A stretch of 63,695 bases of DNA, counting the filler, from Folioceros fuciformis (lineage: Eukaryota): the NCBI GenBank assembly GCA_049999805.1. It is 7 parts of 7 records of this genome, joined end to end, with 100 filler letters (N's around TTAATTAATTAA, not from the genome) between each part and the next. Parts side by side here need not be neighbours in the genome. Positions count along the whole stretch, not along the records: positions 46,145 to 58,770 come from JBNGIO010001934.1; positions 58,871 to 62,246 come from JBNGIO010001935.1; positions 62,347 to 63,695 come from JBNGIO010001952.1; 4 more parts are not named here. One strand, written 5' to 3'. The position numbers were made by a program, and so were the translations under genes. Below the pieces are notes generated by a model. That model had not been told where the DNA came from, made no database searches, and worked only from the letters and a program-made list of their open reading frames with translations. Positions 50,281-62,957 of the stretch are shown here, piece after piece (positions within the stretch are counted from its first letter, which is position 1; each line of letters starts with the position of its first letter).

Positions 50281-53200
50281 TGTTAAACCCCGAGGGTTAT
50301 TAGTAACCACGGCCGTTAGTTACCTAGTTACTTAGACTAGGGTGATACATATATATAGTGAAAGGTTATGAACTAACCTCTAGGGTTTAGTATATAAGGA
50401 CACCTCTTTGTAAACTAATTAATTAATTATCATCTTGTTGTTGTCAATTATCATCTTGTTGTTGTCAAGTTTGCTGTCTCTCTCAAGCAGTATTGTCATG
50501 GTATAAGAAGTATTGTCATGGTATAAGAGCATGTCTGATATTCCNNNNNNNNNNNNNNNNNNNNNNNNNNNNNNNNNNNNNNNNNNNNNNNNNNNNNNNN
50601 NNNNNNNNNNNNNNNNNNNNNNNNNNNNNNNNNNNNNNNNNNNNTATATAGTGAAAGGTTATGAACTAACCTCTAGGGTTTAGTATATAAGAACACCTCT
50701 TTGTAAACTAATTAATTAATTATCATCTTGTTGTTGTCAAGTTTGCTGTCTCTCTCAAGCAGTATTGTCATGGTATAAGAGCATGTCTGATATTCCTTTT
50801 TTATTTTTTGTAATAGATTTTTATGAAAGAAATCACTATTAAAGAGTACAGGAAGCGACAATGTACATAATCTAAATATGTTTATCATATTTAGATTTTA
50901 GATTTTACGCATTATCGTCCTATACTCTCCAGTAGTTTCTTTCCTTCATTAAAAATAGCAAACTATCTTTAAGTGCCGATCTCATAGAATGGGGAATTTC
51001 TCAATTTCCCATTGGCACACAAACACGTTTCCGCTGCATTGCTAAAGGGAGATATGCAGAATATAATTCTAATTCAAGATGCCTCGCAGAAACCGAAATT
51101 GGGAGCCTAACACACGAAGTTCTTTTAATCCCATCACTGATAGATATGTGAGGGAAATAGACCGATAGATGCACTCGGCACAATACCCCACAAACTCTTC
51201 AGTATTGAGAACTTCGCGAGTACAAGCTTCTAGGCATCCCAGGCTCCATACTTCCTCAAATAATCCTGACACACATACCAGATTCAGGATACTGCAACAG
51301 GATATACAAAATTCACAACGGAATTGTGAGCAATTTCTTAGGCCTACTCACCCGGGTGCGATTCCACTTGCTCAGAGAAATTGCCGATGACCCTACTGCA
51401 AACCTAGGAGACTTGCAGATGATGCTTTTCAGGCATACGACTCAATTACAGGCTCTCACGGGGCAAATTTTTCTTGAGATCAACGAGATCAAGAAACAAT
51501 TGAATGCCCTGGCTAAGAAATTCAGCGAAAACCTAGACATCATAGATGATCTTGTTGTCGACGGGTATCGCCACACCATCTTGTGATTTTTGCGGGCATC
51601 GCCCAACCCTTTGTTTTGCAAAAATTTGCAACCAAGCAAAGAGAGGTCTAAAGCGTCGTGAGGGTTTTCTTCCTGTCTTTGCCAAGGGATGTCAATGACA
51701 GTTTTTAGTCAAAAAGGACAAGACTCCAAGCGGCATCAACCTGCCGTTTCGTCCTCCAATCGCTAGCCTGTTGACATCGTTCGATTTCTGTTCCCTTTCA
51801 ACAACACACAATCAGGAAGCCACAAAAATTTGACCTTCACTCACAACGCTTGCTGCCTGGAATGCGAAGAGTAGATCTGACCTTGCACCAAAAATATGGC
51901 TGATAATTTTGGAGACATGGTTTCTGATGCAGATGACCTTGGGCTCCTTGCTGGAGATCCTGAGACTATTGTAGGTACTGCCCCGGGTACAGGTGCCTTC
52001 ACCAGGGCTGGCTCATCCACAGCCGCGGGCACCTCAACTACCCCAAACTCTCCTACACAGGGATCGTTTGGCACCTTTCTTCCTGCGACAAGCACGGTAG
52101 GAAACACAGGCACCACAAGTCAGAGTAATCCTAGCACTTATGGCAACTTTGCCATAGCACCATACTTTACCTCGACTGGATCCAGAGCTGTCTTCCCTTC
52201 TATCCAAGCTTCTGGTACCTCGTCCTACCCAAGTTTCTCCATTGCACGGTATTTCAACCCCCTGCCACCTCTCAGAGCGGGATATGGGAATCCTTTGCCT
52301 ATGACAGGAGTTGGATTCGCCAATATGGAGTCAGGTATGGAAATCCCGTGAGTGGGCAAGGACCTCAATTTGGACAAGGACTTCCTCCACCACCACCTCA
52401 GCCAAGCACCTCCTCGGCACAGCAGACCGCCTTGTTGCCACCCTTCTCCGCATACTAGCCAACCTATACAATAGAGTTCAAGGAACGTGATAGGTTCAAT
52501 GGAACTAAATACCCTATGTGGAGCGTCCGCATGCGTGCCGTCCTTGATGCTCGACATGTGTGGAGCGTCGTGAGCGGGCAGTTCCAACAACCAGCTGTTA
52601 ATTCTCCACAACCTGATCAGGACAGATGGGAGAATGCAAACAACGTTGCACGCGCACTAATAATAAGTTGCCTGGACGAGGTGTTAATACCTGATGTTGC
52701 CTTCCTCACTAGGGCTGAAGACATCTGGACACAATTAGCACAGACGTACGACGTGAAGAACGTTCTTACCCTCTATGCTATCAGGAGCGAACTCTTCACT
52801 CTTCGGATGCGCGAAGGAGACAAGGTTGTTGTTTTCGAGACGAAGTTCAGGCAATTGCAAGCCAACTTGATCTCCCTCGGCTTTCCCATGCCCGAACTTG
52901 ATGCTATTGTACAGCTCGTGACCAATCTTCCTCCTAGCTATCAGTCTTTCGTGACCAGTTATGGTGCAACACTTCGAGATGCTGGCAAAGCTGCCATAGC
53001 AGGACAACATGTCATGATCAGCTTTGCAGATGTGGTTGGGGCCCTCTTCCAAGAAGAGCAATCCCGTCAACCTCATACCACTTCTAATCGCACTAAGAAT
53101 GACAAAGTGCTTGCTACCACAAGATTCAAAGCACAAGGCAGAACTAAAAACTTATCTGTAGCTGGGTCTTCGAGAGAATCAAGGCCAGGCCAGGTTCCTA

Positions 53201-56200
53201 CAACTAGTGTGGTTCTCTCGGTCATTGGGAATGAGAGTGTAGGAAGAAGAAATATGTAGAACCAAAGAAGGCCGAGAAAACTAACAGAATGTTTGAGGCC
53301 CACATGGTTTCCAAGGACAAACCAATAAGAGCTTCCTCCACTGGCAAGCAACCAGTGATTCTGACTGTCTGCCTGTCTGCAACTTTCAGGCTTGATGATG
53401 CCTGGTATCTCGATTCAGGAGCAACAGCACACGTCTGCCACAACAGAAAGCTGATGAGTAACTTCATTCCTCTCCACACAGCTGAAAAAGTACTGCTGGG
53501 AGATGAACTCACAAGAACAGGTCTGAAAATCCTTGGTCGAGGTTCCTGTTCTTTCAGGCAATCCAATGGCCAGATCTTTTAGCTTGACAATGTCCTTTTC
53601 GTACCTGACATGGCAAAGCACCTAATTTCAGTTAGCCAGTTAATGCAACTCAAGAGCTTAGAACTCAAGTTCACTGCAAACGGATGCACACTTAGCAATT
53701 CTTGACCTTCCTCTGTTGTTGCACAGGGCTTACTTGTGCAGGATCTCTACAGGCTAGACATGTAGTGCCTTCCTACTAAAAGTGTACATCTTGTTGCTAG
53801 ATCTCAAGCTGCTCTAGCTCAACTCTAGCATACTCATCTTGGTCATGCTAATAAGGACTAGCTGATTAAGATGTCCAATTTAGAGTGTTATCGGGAGCCT
53901 CTCCCCAAATGCTTCAAAGATCTTCCCCTTTGTGATGCATGCATAGTAGCCAAGCAAAAAGAGTTACCCTTTCCTGCTACTTTGGCTCATAGGTCTTCCT
54001 CAATTCTCGATCTAGTACATGCATACATCTATGGGAAGCTCCATGTCCCTTCTTTGGGAGGTTGTGGAGGCAAAACCCCGGGCACTGATTGCCGACGGGT
54101 TCCACCTTTAGTGGCCACACTTATCCCACTGTCGTTGAGACATTGGGTTTCGTTCCCACGAAGGAGCGATGGGGTTCCTTGCTGCTGTNNNNNNNNNNNN
54201 NNNNNNNNNNNNNNNNNNNNNNNNNNNNNNNNNNNNNNNNNNNNNNNNNNNNNNNNNNNNNNNNNNNNNNNNNNNNNNNNNNNNNNNNACACCACTACCT
54301 TCTACACTTCCCTATTGACTCCTCCTACCCGGCAAGAGTTACTAGACTAACCCCAAAGAAGAGAAAGAAGGGAACACACTCCCCCCACACCCCCTCGGAT
54401 ATCTCCCCATATCTAAGAAAGAAGGGACTATATAACATATAAGAAAGAAGAGACATATCTCTTAGACGCCATGAAACATGGCCGTCCTATAGCACTTGTC
54501 CAAACGGGGAACAAGAGTGGACAGGTCGAGAGAAAGACACATCCTTTACAATCAAGAGCTAGGGGCAAGCCCCTTCACCCTAGTCATTACACCTTGTGAT
54601 CCTTGAAGGATCGAAAAGGGAGCCACATGATGAAGGAGAAGAGGAGGGGAGAGGAGAGGAGAAAGAGAGGTCTCACAGTGTCTCTCACAGCTCTCTCTCA
54701 TCTCTCTTGCAAAGGGAGCTCAAGAGGGTATTTATACCCTCTAGAAAAGCTCCCAAGGAAGCTTCACAGGAAGCTCACAGGAAGCTATGCAGGAAGCTTC
54801 TTAAAAATTAGCTTAAGCTAATCTAAACTAAGGATACTTAATTAGACACTATTATTAGACTAATCGCATTAGTTTAATTAGACTAATCACATTAGTTTAA
54901 TTACATTGGGCTTTAATAACCCTATGGCCCGGTACCGGACCTAAACTTTCCCAGGTCTGGGACCAAACCTATACCCACTCTAATAACCAAACCAACTATT
55001 TCCTGGTCAATTAACCAATTAGCACAAAGAAAAATAGGAAAAATGACCAGAGAATAAAGGAAAATTAGGGAAAAGAAGTAGAAAAAGAAAACCAAACCAT
55101 ACCACTATGAACCCTTTTTCAACCAAAACAAAGCACTACCCCAAACTTTGGAGGTTCACATAGGTTCTCTTTACTATCTCACACTTACCGATGATTTTAG
55201 TCGATATTCCTGAACATACCCACTCAAGCGTAAATATGATACTTTCCTGCTATTCAAAGAGTGGCTTACTATGATACAGAGACAAACAGTGACTCACCTT
55301 CGCTGTTTAAGATCAGACAATGGCACCGAGTTTGTGAATGCTGCCTTCGATGAATATCTCGCAACGTAGGGTGCAGTTTGCCAGCTCAGTATCCCATATA
55401 CTTAGCAGCAAAATGGGGTAGCAGAACGTCGGAACCAGACTTTACTCAGCATGACACAAAGCATGTTGGCCTGGTCAGGGCTCAGCAAAGCCTACTGGGC
55501 AGAGGCTATTGTTACTGCCACCTATATTCTCAACAGGCTTCTCACTTCTGCAGTTCCTGACCGCACTCCTTTCGAGATGATTTGGAAACGCAAACCTAGT
55601 TTGCTTCATCTTTGAGTATTCGGCTCCCCTGCCTATGCGTATATCCATGACAAATAGCACAGGAAGCTTGAGGATAGGGCCAGACCCCTTGTGTTCTTGG
55701 GCTATCATGAGGAGACTAAAGCTTGTAAGCTTTACGACCCTCACTCCCGGTCTTCCATCTTTGCCCGCAGTGTAACTTTTAAGGAATTGCTGGCTCCTGC
55801 TTCTTCAGCTACCCCTCCTTCAGTACCCTCTTTCTCGAATGTTGATGACTTCGATGAGTTCCCTTCTGAATATCCCTCAGATGCTGCTCATGAACCATCT
55901 CTTGCTTCACAAGCTGCCGGTTCAAGGGGTGATTATGCAGCCACTCAGTCGTCATCACAATCTGTCTCAGTGCCTGAACGGCCTGCCTCTGTGCCTGTAG
56001 TATCTGCACAGTTTACACCACAGGATCAAAATCATGAACTTCCTATTCCTGATGCTAAGGTGGTGGACTCCCTACTAGCTGAAGAACATCGATTTGAGAA
56101 TAGCTCACATTCACATCTAGACACTTCGCTTTCACCCCTTGATACTCAAGACGCTACTGACGGGTTGGAATCTACTCATCAAACAACTTTTGAGTCTCAC

Positions 56201-58105
56201 AAGCTGGATATTGCTGAGGAACTAGCCGCAGAGCCAGAACCAGTTGTTGAGGAGCAAAGGTATCCCAGTAGATCCCGTTCATCAAGGGAAAACTGGAACA
56301 CAAGACCCTATGAACCTGAAGATTTCAGGATCCCTCAATCAGCTCGACTCTGCGAAGCCCTCTCCACTAATACCCTTTCTCCAGCAGAACCTCGCACATA
56401 TCAAGAGGCTATAAATGGTTCGGACAAGCATCATTGGATCCCTTCAATTCAAGACGAGTATAATTCATTGATGAAGAACGAGACATGGGAGCTCTACCCT
56501 TTACCTGCTAGGAGGAAAACAATGAGCTGCAAATGGGTAATCAAACACAAGCTAAATGCTCAGGGAGAAATAGCACAATACAAATCACGATTAGTTGCTC
56601 GAGGCTTCTCCCAAGTTGCTGGTGTGGATTTTAATGAGACATTCAACCCTGTTGTCAAGACACAGACAATCAAGATGATACTGGTCCTTGCAGCTGCTAA
56701 AGATTGGGATCTTGAATAGATGCATGTGTCAACCGCTTTTCTATATGGAGAGCTTGAAGAAGACATCTACATGGATTAGCCTAAGGGTTTTGTGGATCCC
56801 GAACATTCAAATTGGGTTTGCAAATTGAATAAGACACTATACGACTTGAAGCAAAGCGCCCGTGAGTGGTACAGATGCATAGATAAGTACCTCAAGTCAA
56901 TAGGCTTCATCCAGAATCCAGCTGACTCCAACGTGTATATCTATTCCAAGGGTGGTCGCTTGGTTGTCCTAGCACTCTACGTGGATGATGTTATACTAGC
57001 ATCCAACAACAGAGAATTATTAGACTGGGTGAAAGGTATGCTGCACAAGGAATATGATATGAAGGACATTGGACAACTTACCTTTGTCCTTGGTGTTCAG
57101 CTATTGAGAGATAGGCCCAATCACACACTAATTCTGCACCAAACCAAATATATTGGTGAGACTCTTCGACGCTTCAACTTGTAGGATGCTAAAACTATAA
57201 GCACACTAGGAAGCATTGGGGTTAAACTCTCTGCTCAACAGTGCGCGCAAGACGATCATGAACGCGAAGTCATGAGCCAGATCCCTTACCGGCATGCTGT
57301 GGGCTGCCTTAACTACATAAGCTGTTGGACTAGGCCTGATATCCAGCACTCTGTAAGTGCCGTTTCCCAATACCTCGAAAATCCAGGCCCCGAGCATTGG
57401 ATGGCAATTAAAAGGATTCTCCAGTACCTTAAAGGCACATCTACTTATGGGTTATGTTTCCAAGGCAGTGACCATGCACTCACCCTTGAGGTATACACAG
57501 ATGCCGACTGGGCCACAGACCCCGATCAAAGGAGAAGTATTTTTGCATACTGTTTTCTGCTTTCTGGTGCAGCAGTCAACTGGAGTTCGAAGAAAAAAAC
57601 TTCCATAGCTCTTTCATCAACAGAAGCAGAATACAAAGCTCTTACTGACTCAGCCAAAGAAGCTGAATGGGAGCGCACCTTCCTAGCTGGCTTGGGCTTT
57701 TCTCAGTCAATTCCCACAACTATCTTCTGCGACAACATGTCGACCATTGCTTTATTTGGGAATCCTCGCTTTCATGCTCAAACCAAGCATATCAAAATTC
57801 AGCATCACTACGTCCGACATTCTGTGGAGCGCAACGTGATCAGAATTGAACATATCTCGATAGAGCTAAATGCAACTGACGTGTTTACAAAAAGCTTACT
57901 AACAAGCAAGCATGTTTTTTATATGGAGGCTCTGGGCTTGGTTGAATACTGTCTCTACTTGCCTTGACTGCTGCGAGTCGACATTCAAGTTGCTAGACGG
58001 ATGAAGCTCCTTCGTCTACTTAATCGTCTAGCACTTGGTTGATATGTTTCTTCATCTTCTACCCAGTCAAAACGCAGGCTGAAATCGCAACGGTGCACAG
58101 ATTCC
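50281..58105 (+). mobile_element. Near full-length degenerate Ty1/Copia (short 5' LTR, PBS, extra ORF, gag-pol) with a nested solo LTR
   Basis: The LTR ends TGTCA before PBS TGGTATAAGAGC (50519-50530, repeated at 50771-50782 across a gap); its start is 50281 or 50343. Gag from 51896, protease WYLDSGATAHVC, integrase, RT (CKWVIKHK, LYVDDVIL) and RNase H (YTDADWA, HAQTKHI) to 57967. Confidence 0.93.
54063..55160. mobile_element. Solo LTR (TGTG...CACA) nested in the Copia integrase
   Basis: 5-bp TSD GAGGT (54058-54062) / TAGGT (55161-55165). Removing the insert and one TSD copy restores PSLGG-SLYYLTLTDDFSRY. A second copy starts at 62958. Confidence 0.85.
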
Positions 58106-58871
58106 NNNNNNNNNNNNNNNNNNNNNNNNNNNNNNNNNNNNNNNNNNNNNNNNNNNNNNNNNNNNNNNNNNNNNNNNNNNNNNNNNNNNNNNNNNNNNNN
58201 NNNNNGACTCTTTTTTTTTCTTCTATAAGTTCTTTTATCTAAAATATTTTTAATGTACAATTAATCTCCATTTCTGTCAATCTTAAAATACATTTTCTTA
58301 ATAAGTACTAAGAGTTTTCCAAATTTTCAAAATCATGCAAATTACTTCCAAAACTTAGTTGCCTAAAAATAGCCCAAACATACCATCGATTACGGTTATT
58401 TGGATCCAATTCATCAAGTTTTCTCAATCTTCTACGTCTTCTTCTTTCGCTTAGCATCCCTTGAACATGTATGGATTGTCATACTTTGCATGAAATTAAT
58501 ATCATAATCAAAATTTATCATCCATGCTTGATAATATCAATACCATGTCGGGTATTGCCCTCGTATGTTATGTGGCTATTCTCGGGAGATCACGAGACTA
58601 GTACTAGACTAGCTACTCGGTTTGAGGGGATGTTATTCAGCCTGATGCATGCTACGTTTATTTGCCTTCGAGTAGCATGTGATCGCGAGGGACTGGTGCA
58701 TGAGTTTAGGGTTGCCCTACATATAAACCCTAAACCCTATATATATATTGGTCATATAAAAGCTTTAAAANNNNNNNNNNNNNNNNNNNNNNNNNNNNNN
58801 NNNNNNNNNNNNNNTTAATTAATTAANNNNNNNNNNNNNNNNNNNNNNNNNNNNNNNNNNNNNNNNNNNNG

Positions 58872-59420
58872 GAGTACCCTGGGCTGATCAAGGTAGGGCT
58901 CCACGGAGGGAGCCCCTGCGACCCCGACCATCGGCGCCTGGTGGCGGATGCGGGCCAGGCCATGGAGCTCGTGAGCCCGTTCGTGCGGACCCATTTCCCG
59001 GGTGCCGTGAGGGCTGACCTGCCCGTGCTATCCGAGGCGTGCATGTACTCCATGACCCCGGACGAGGACTTCATCCTGGACTGGCTGCCCATGGGCAACG
59101 CCCATGAATCTGACAGCCTCGGAAGCATGAGCCGGCGGGTGTGGGTTGCTGCCGGCTTCTCAGGACACGGCTTCAAGTTCGGACCTGTGGTTGGTCGCAT
59201 CATGGCAGACCTGGCACTGTCTGGAACAGCGGACGGCGTGCAGCTCCACCGCTTCTCGTTCAGACGTTTTCCCCCTGACGCTTCATCAGGTGCTGCTGCT
59301 GCTGCTACTACTACTGCTACTGCTGCTGGTAACAGTAAGTCGTTCGACAGGCAGGTGCTGGCCGTGGCCAGATCTGATCAAGATCCCATGCCTTTTCCTT
59401 TCCCTGTCACTTCCCAGTAG
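58872..59420 (+). CDS. Sarcosine/pipecolate oxidase (FAD-dependent), 3' part; 5' end cut by the contig edge
   Basis: [57 protein letters not shown]. The tail contains an Ala/Thr run from a (GCT/ACT)n microsatellite. Confidence 0.9.
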   Translation, partial: EYPGLIKVGLHGGSPCDPDHRRLVADAGQAMELVSPFVRTHFPGAVRADLPVLSEACMYSMTPDEDFILDWLPMGNAHESDSLGSMSRRVWVAAGFSGHGFKFGPVVGRIMADLALSGTADGVQLHRFSFRRFPPDASSGAAAAATTTATAAGNSKSFDRQVLAVARSDQDPMPFPFPVTSQ

Positions 59421-59656
59421 TCTGGATTCCAGAAGATGCAGGTGCTGCTGGAAAGCGGTGTCCCACGTGATATGCTGTGCTGCTGCAGCTCAAAGACTGC
59501 TCCACTGTACTCTTGCTTCCAATCTATCCATCATCTATCCAGGATTCCTGGTAGATCGAAGAATCTCATCGCATGCCATCTGTGCAGGTGTCAACAAGGC
59601 ATATGGGGCTCTCTTCTTTTCTCCAAAGATTTATGACACACTGGTTTTTCGCACCT

Positions 59657-59730
59657 GGTTTCGTGGTGTAGTTGGTTATCACGTCAGTCTAACACACTGA
59701 AGGTCTCCGGTTCGAGTCCGGGCGAAGCCA
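59657..59730 (+). tRNA. tRNA-Val(AAC)
   Basis: GGTTTCG...CGAAGCC acceptor stem, anticodon arm TCAGT-CTAACAC-ACTGA (AAC at 59691-59693), T-loop GGTTCGA, and TTTT about 25 nt downstream. Confidence 0.97.
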
Positions 59731-61284
59731 TGCATACGAACCGCCGAGAACCTATTTTAGGTTTCTAATACTTCCCTTCGAATTCCGGCTTCACCCTTGC
59801 CCCGAGGAATTGCGAGCACCGTCATGGTTCTGGCCCCACCACCCTCTCTGCACGCGGTCATACTGTACGCATAATGTACTGTACATACGCTGTCACAGGG
59901 GTCTCAGTCAGGTGGAGCGTGCAGTAGGGCTAGCCGTAAAAATCAGGTGGCCAAGTCTGGGCCCCACCGATCCACTCGTGGAGCACTGTCATTCTTGATG
60001 TATTACATCCCGTGGCTTGTGCATAAGGATAAAATACATCCCGTGGCTTGTGCATAAGGATACGATGAGCATCTACGTATAGTTTTGCAGGGCACCGGCA
60101 ACCGGTGAAATAGATCGGCACCGGCAGCCGTGGGTTATCGCCGCGAAAAACGGGCTGGCAATGCAGATCACGAGTGAACTACCGTCCTTGGTGTACAGCG
60201 CAAACTATTAGACTAATACGAATACACGTATATCTTAAATAAAATATTCACTTGCGCCTGCCGGGAACCAAGTCCCGCTTCTTCGTCTTCCACAGGCAGA
60301 GACAGGTAGGTGTGTGTGTGTGTCTGCGTTCGTGAGCGGAGAAGGTTTGCCATGGATTTGAAATTGGAGGAGCCTGAGCCCCATGGATTTAAAGGCTGCA
60401 GGAGTCTAAGGCCCATGGATTTGAAGGCCGCTGGAGGGAGCCTGAGCTCCATAGATATGAAGCCTGCAGGTAAGGTGGTCATGGAGGCAATAAGGCACTA
60501 TAGTAAATGGAAACTAAATGCACAAAGCAATAGAAACATGGAAGCCCAAGGTACTCCTCTATAGAGAAAAACTAAGGAATGCAACCTTGCCATTGTCTTG
60601 AAAAACGAGGCATGTATTTATCTATCATTGTCCTCTATGCATTCTCGTTGCCACCTCACATTCCAAGTGTCAGACTTCATTAGTTTTCCTTTGGAGGGGA
60701 AAAGAAAGGCCTCAACCTAGCTGCATTGCTTGGTCCTTCAACTGGTATAAAAAGTTGCAGTGGCTTGCACTCAGGCTATCCACTCGTCTCTTTGCATTTG
60801 GGCTATGAGCCACTTCACTGTGGCCAACAAAGTATTCTGCATCCTCAAACACAATCCCATCGTGCACACAATCCCAAATGTTCTTGCACACACTAATCCT
60901 CGCATGCTACATACCATTATGTTTGCTTTACCAAGACAAACAGAATAGTGTGTAGCATGCGAGAATTAGTGAGAAAGAAACAAACATCCAAAGTCAGGAT
61001 GTGAAGAAAAACCTTGCATTGCAACATCCTGATCAAATGTGCTCCATAACACACACAAAAACACATCATTCTAGTTACCTTGCTAAGACAAACATATCAT
61101 TCTAATTACCTTGCTAAGACAAAAAGAATGGTATATAGCATGAAAGGATTAGTAACGACCAGAGAAAGAAACGAGCATCCAAAGTGATGTAAGAAAAAAT
61201 TGAAAATCCATGACAGGTTTGGTGATTATTTGATGATTAGCAGTACACAGCGCATCATTCGGTCTTAAGCGATGTCAACTAGGA

Positions 61285-61315
61285 TTTAGGGTTTAGGGTT
61301 TAAACCCTAAACCCT
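61285..61315. repeat. Inverted interstitial plant telomeric repeats (TTTAGGG then CCCTAAA)
   Basis: AGGGTTTAGGGTTT-AAACCCTAAACCCT at 61288-61315 is a perfect 28-bp palindrome. Confidence 0.85.
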
Positions 61316-61847
61316 TGTCCGCCCATTTGGCACACCGCTTTGTAAGCAAATCAGATTTAGATTTGAAATGAAGTTTGAGTACCTAAACCCTAGTTCCTAC
61401 AAACCGCTGACAGTCACAACCGGTAACCGGTCAAGCCTATACTGTATGATGTTGCATACATGGCACCGTATACACTCGGGCACAAGGACAGGGTCGGTGG
61501 GGCCCGGACCAGGCCACCTGATTTATACGGGTAAGCGTGCAATAGAGTAGGCACACGCGCGCAGTGGTGATGTAGAGCATACACAAAACACGGAGCATGC
61601 AGCGAGGGAGGAGAAGGGCCTGTGACAAAAGCTGAGAAAAGGAGAAAAGGAGAAAGGAGAAGGAGAGGGAAAAGAAACGGCGTCTAATAAAAGGCAGGCC
61701 AGGCTGCAGCACATTGGCTGTGCATATTCAGCGGGGTCCACGGGGCTCCGATCTCCCACGCCGGATTCCAATGCTATAAAAGGTGCCACCAACAGCGTGC
61801 GGCGCCTGGGCTCCACTTGCTTCCCCTTCCTGCCTCCCCTTCCTTCC

Positions 61848-62060
61848 TTCCCTGCTTCCTTCGGGTCAAGAGTGGGGCCTTTTCCTTTCCCTCCTCGGCC
61901 TCCCTCGGCAGTTGGCATCTGCGATTTTGCGCAGACTGCTAGCAACTACTCTCCCTGCTTCCTTCGGGTCAAGAGTGGGAGTGGGGCCTTTTCCTTTCCA
62001 TCCTCGGCCTCCCTCGGCACTTGGCATCTGCGATTTTGCGCAGACTGCTAGCAACTACTC
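61848..62060. repeat. Tandem duplication, about 105-bp unit x 2
   Basis: TCCCTGCTTCCTTCGGGTCAAGAGTGG...TGGCATCTGCGATTTTGCGCAGACTGCTAGCAACTACTC occurs twice. Confidence 0.9.
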
Positions 62061-62957
62061 CGAAGAAATGGCCAAAAAAAGGGTGAGAGATGGCAGAGAG
62101 GTGGAATCGTCAAGCCACAACAACGAGACCTGGTCCTGGCCTCTGGCCTGGCCAGCCCTGCTCTGCCACCACTGGCCCTACTGAAACTCGTGTTCTCCTC
62201 GGATGGACCCGCACTTTGTTAAGTATTGAATTGTTGACTCCTCCCCNNNNNNNNNNNNNNNNNNNNNNNNNNNNNNNNNNNNNNNNNNNNTTAATTAATT
62301 AANNNNNNNNNNNNNNNNNNNNNNNNNNNNNNNNNNNNNNNNNNNNCCGGTTAGGCGACCATCGTAGAAGGGGGACCGGCGGTAGTGGAATGGGAACGGC
62401 CAGTATAAAACCCTAGGGAAGTCGGGGCGACTACTTGGCATTCAAAGCAGGAGCGTAACCGTGAGTGGGGAGTGAGAGCGGCAGTAGCCATGGAGCACGA
62501 CGCTGACCAGGAGTGAAGCAAGCGCAGCTGCAGAAGAGTGGAGCGGAAGAGGGACGCCGGGCGACCATAGGTGCAGAAGGGCAGCGGCATTTAGAGCACG
62601 AGGGTGATCAGGCAAAATGAGGGCTCTCCCGGAGCTGCTGCCAGGAGTGATGGCGACTGGAGAGGAGGAGGTACCTCCTGTCCCGAAGATTAACGTGGTC
62701 CTATGGCCCAACATGGAACACTGGAGGGTCAAAGCCGGAGGGCTGGCCGAAGAGCTAGGCCTCGGGTTCATGACCTAGAGGTGGAATCATGCAACACCGC
62801 GAATGGTCAGGGAGTGCGCCCTGAGGTTGAGGGAACCAGCCCGTGAAGAAGGGATATGAGGTAGACCCCAGGACTAGAACATGGAGCTGGTGAGGCAGGT
62901 GTATGGCCGCGACCAGGAGGAAGAGGGAGGACTCGTGCTGGATTCCTTGAAGAAGCG

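Noticed and set aside
50353..50796. Tandem LTR-PBS duplication
   Set aside because: Near-identical sequence on both sides of a 100-N gap is typical of unmerged overlapping contig ends.
25218..59420. Stress-gene cluster (OSCA, SAT32-like, PCR, oxidase)
   Set aside because: The genes lie on four different contigs joined artificially.
60310..60564. 84-aa ORF with repeated MDLK
   Set aside because: It is explained by short CCATGGATTT repeats about 30 bp apart, with no recognisable family or splice structure.
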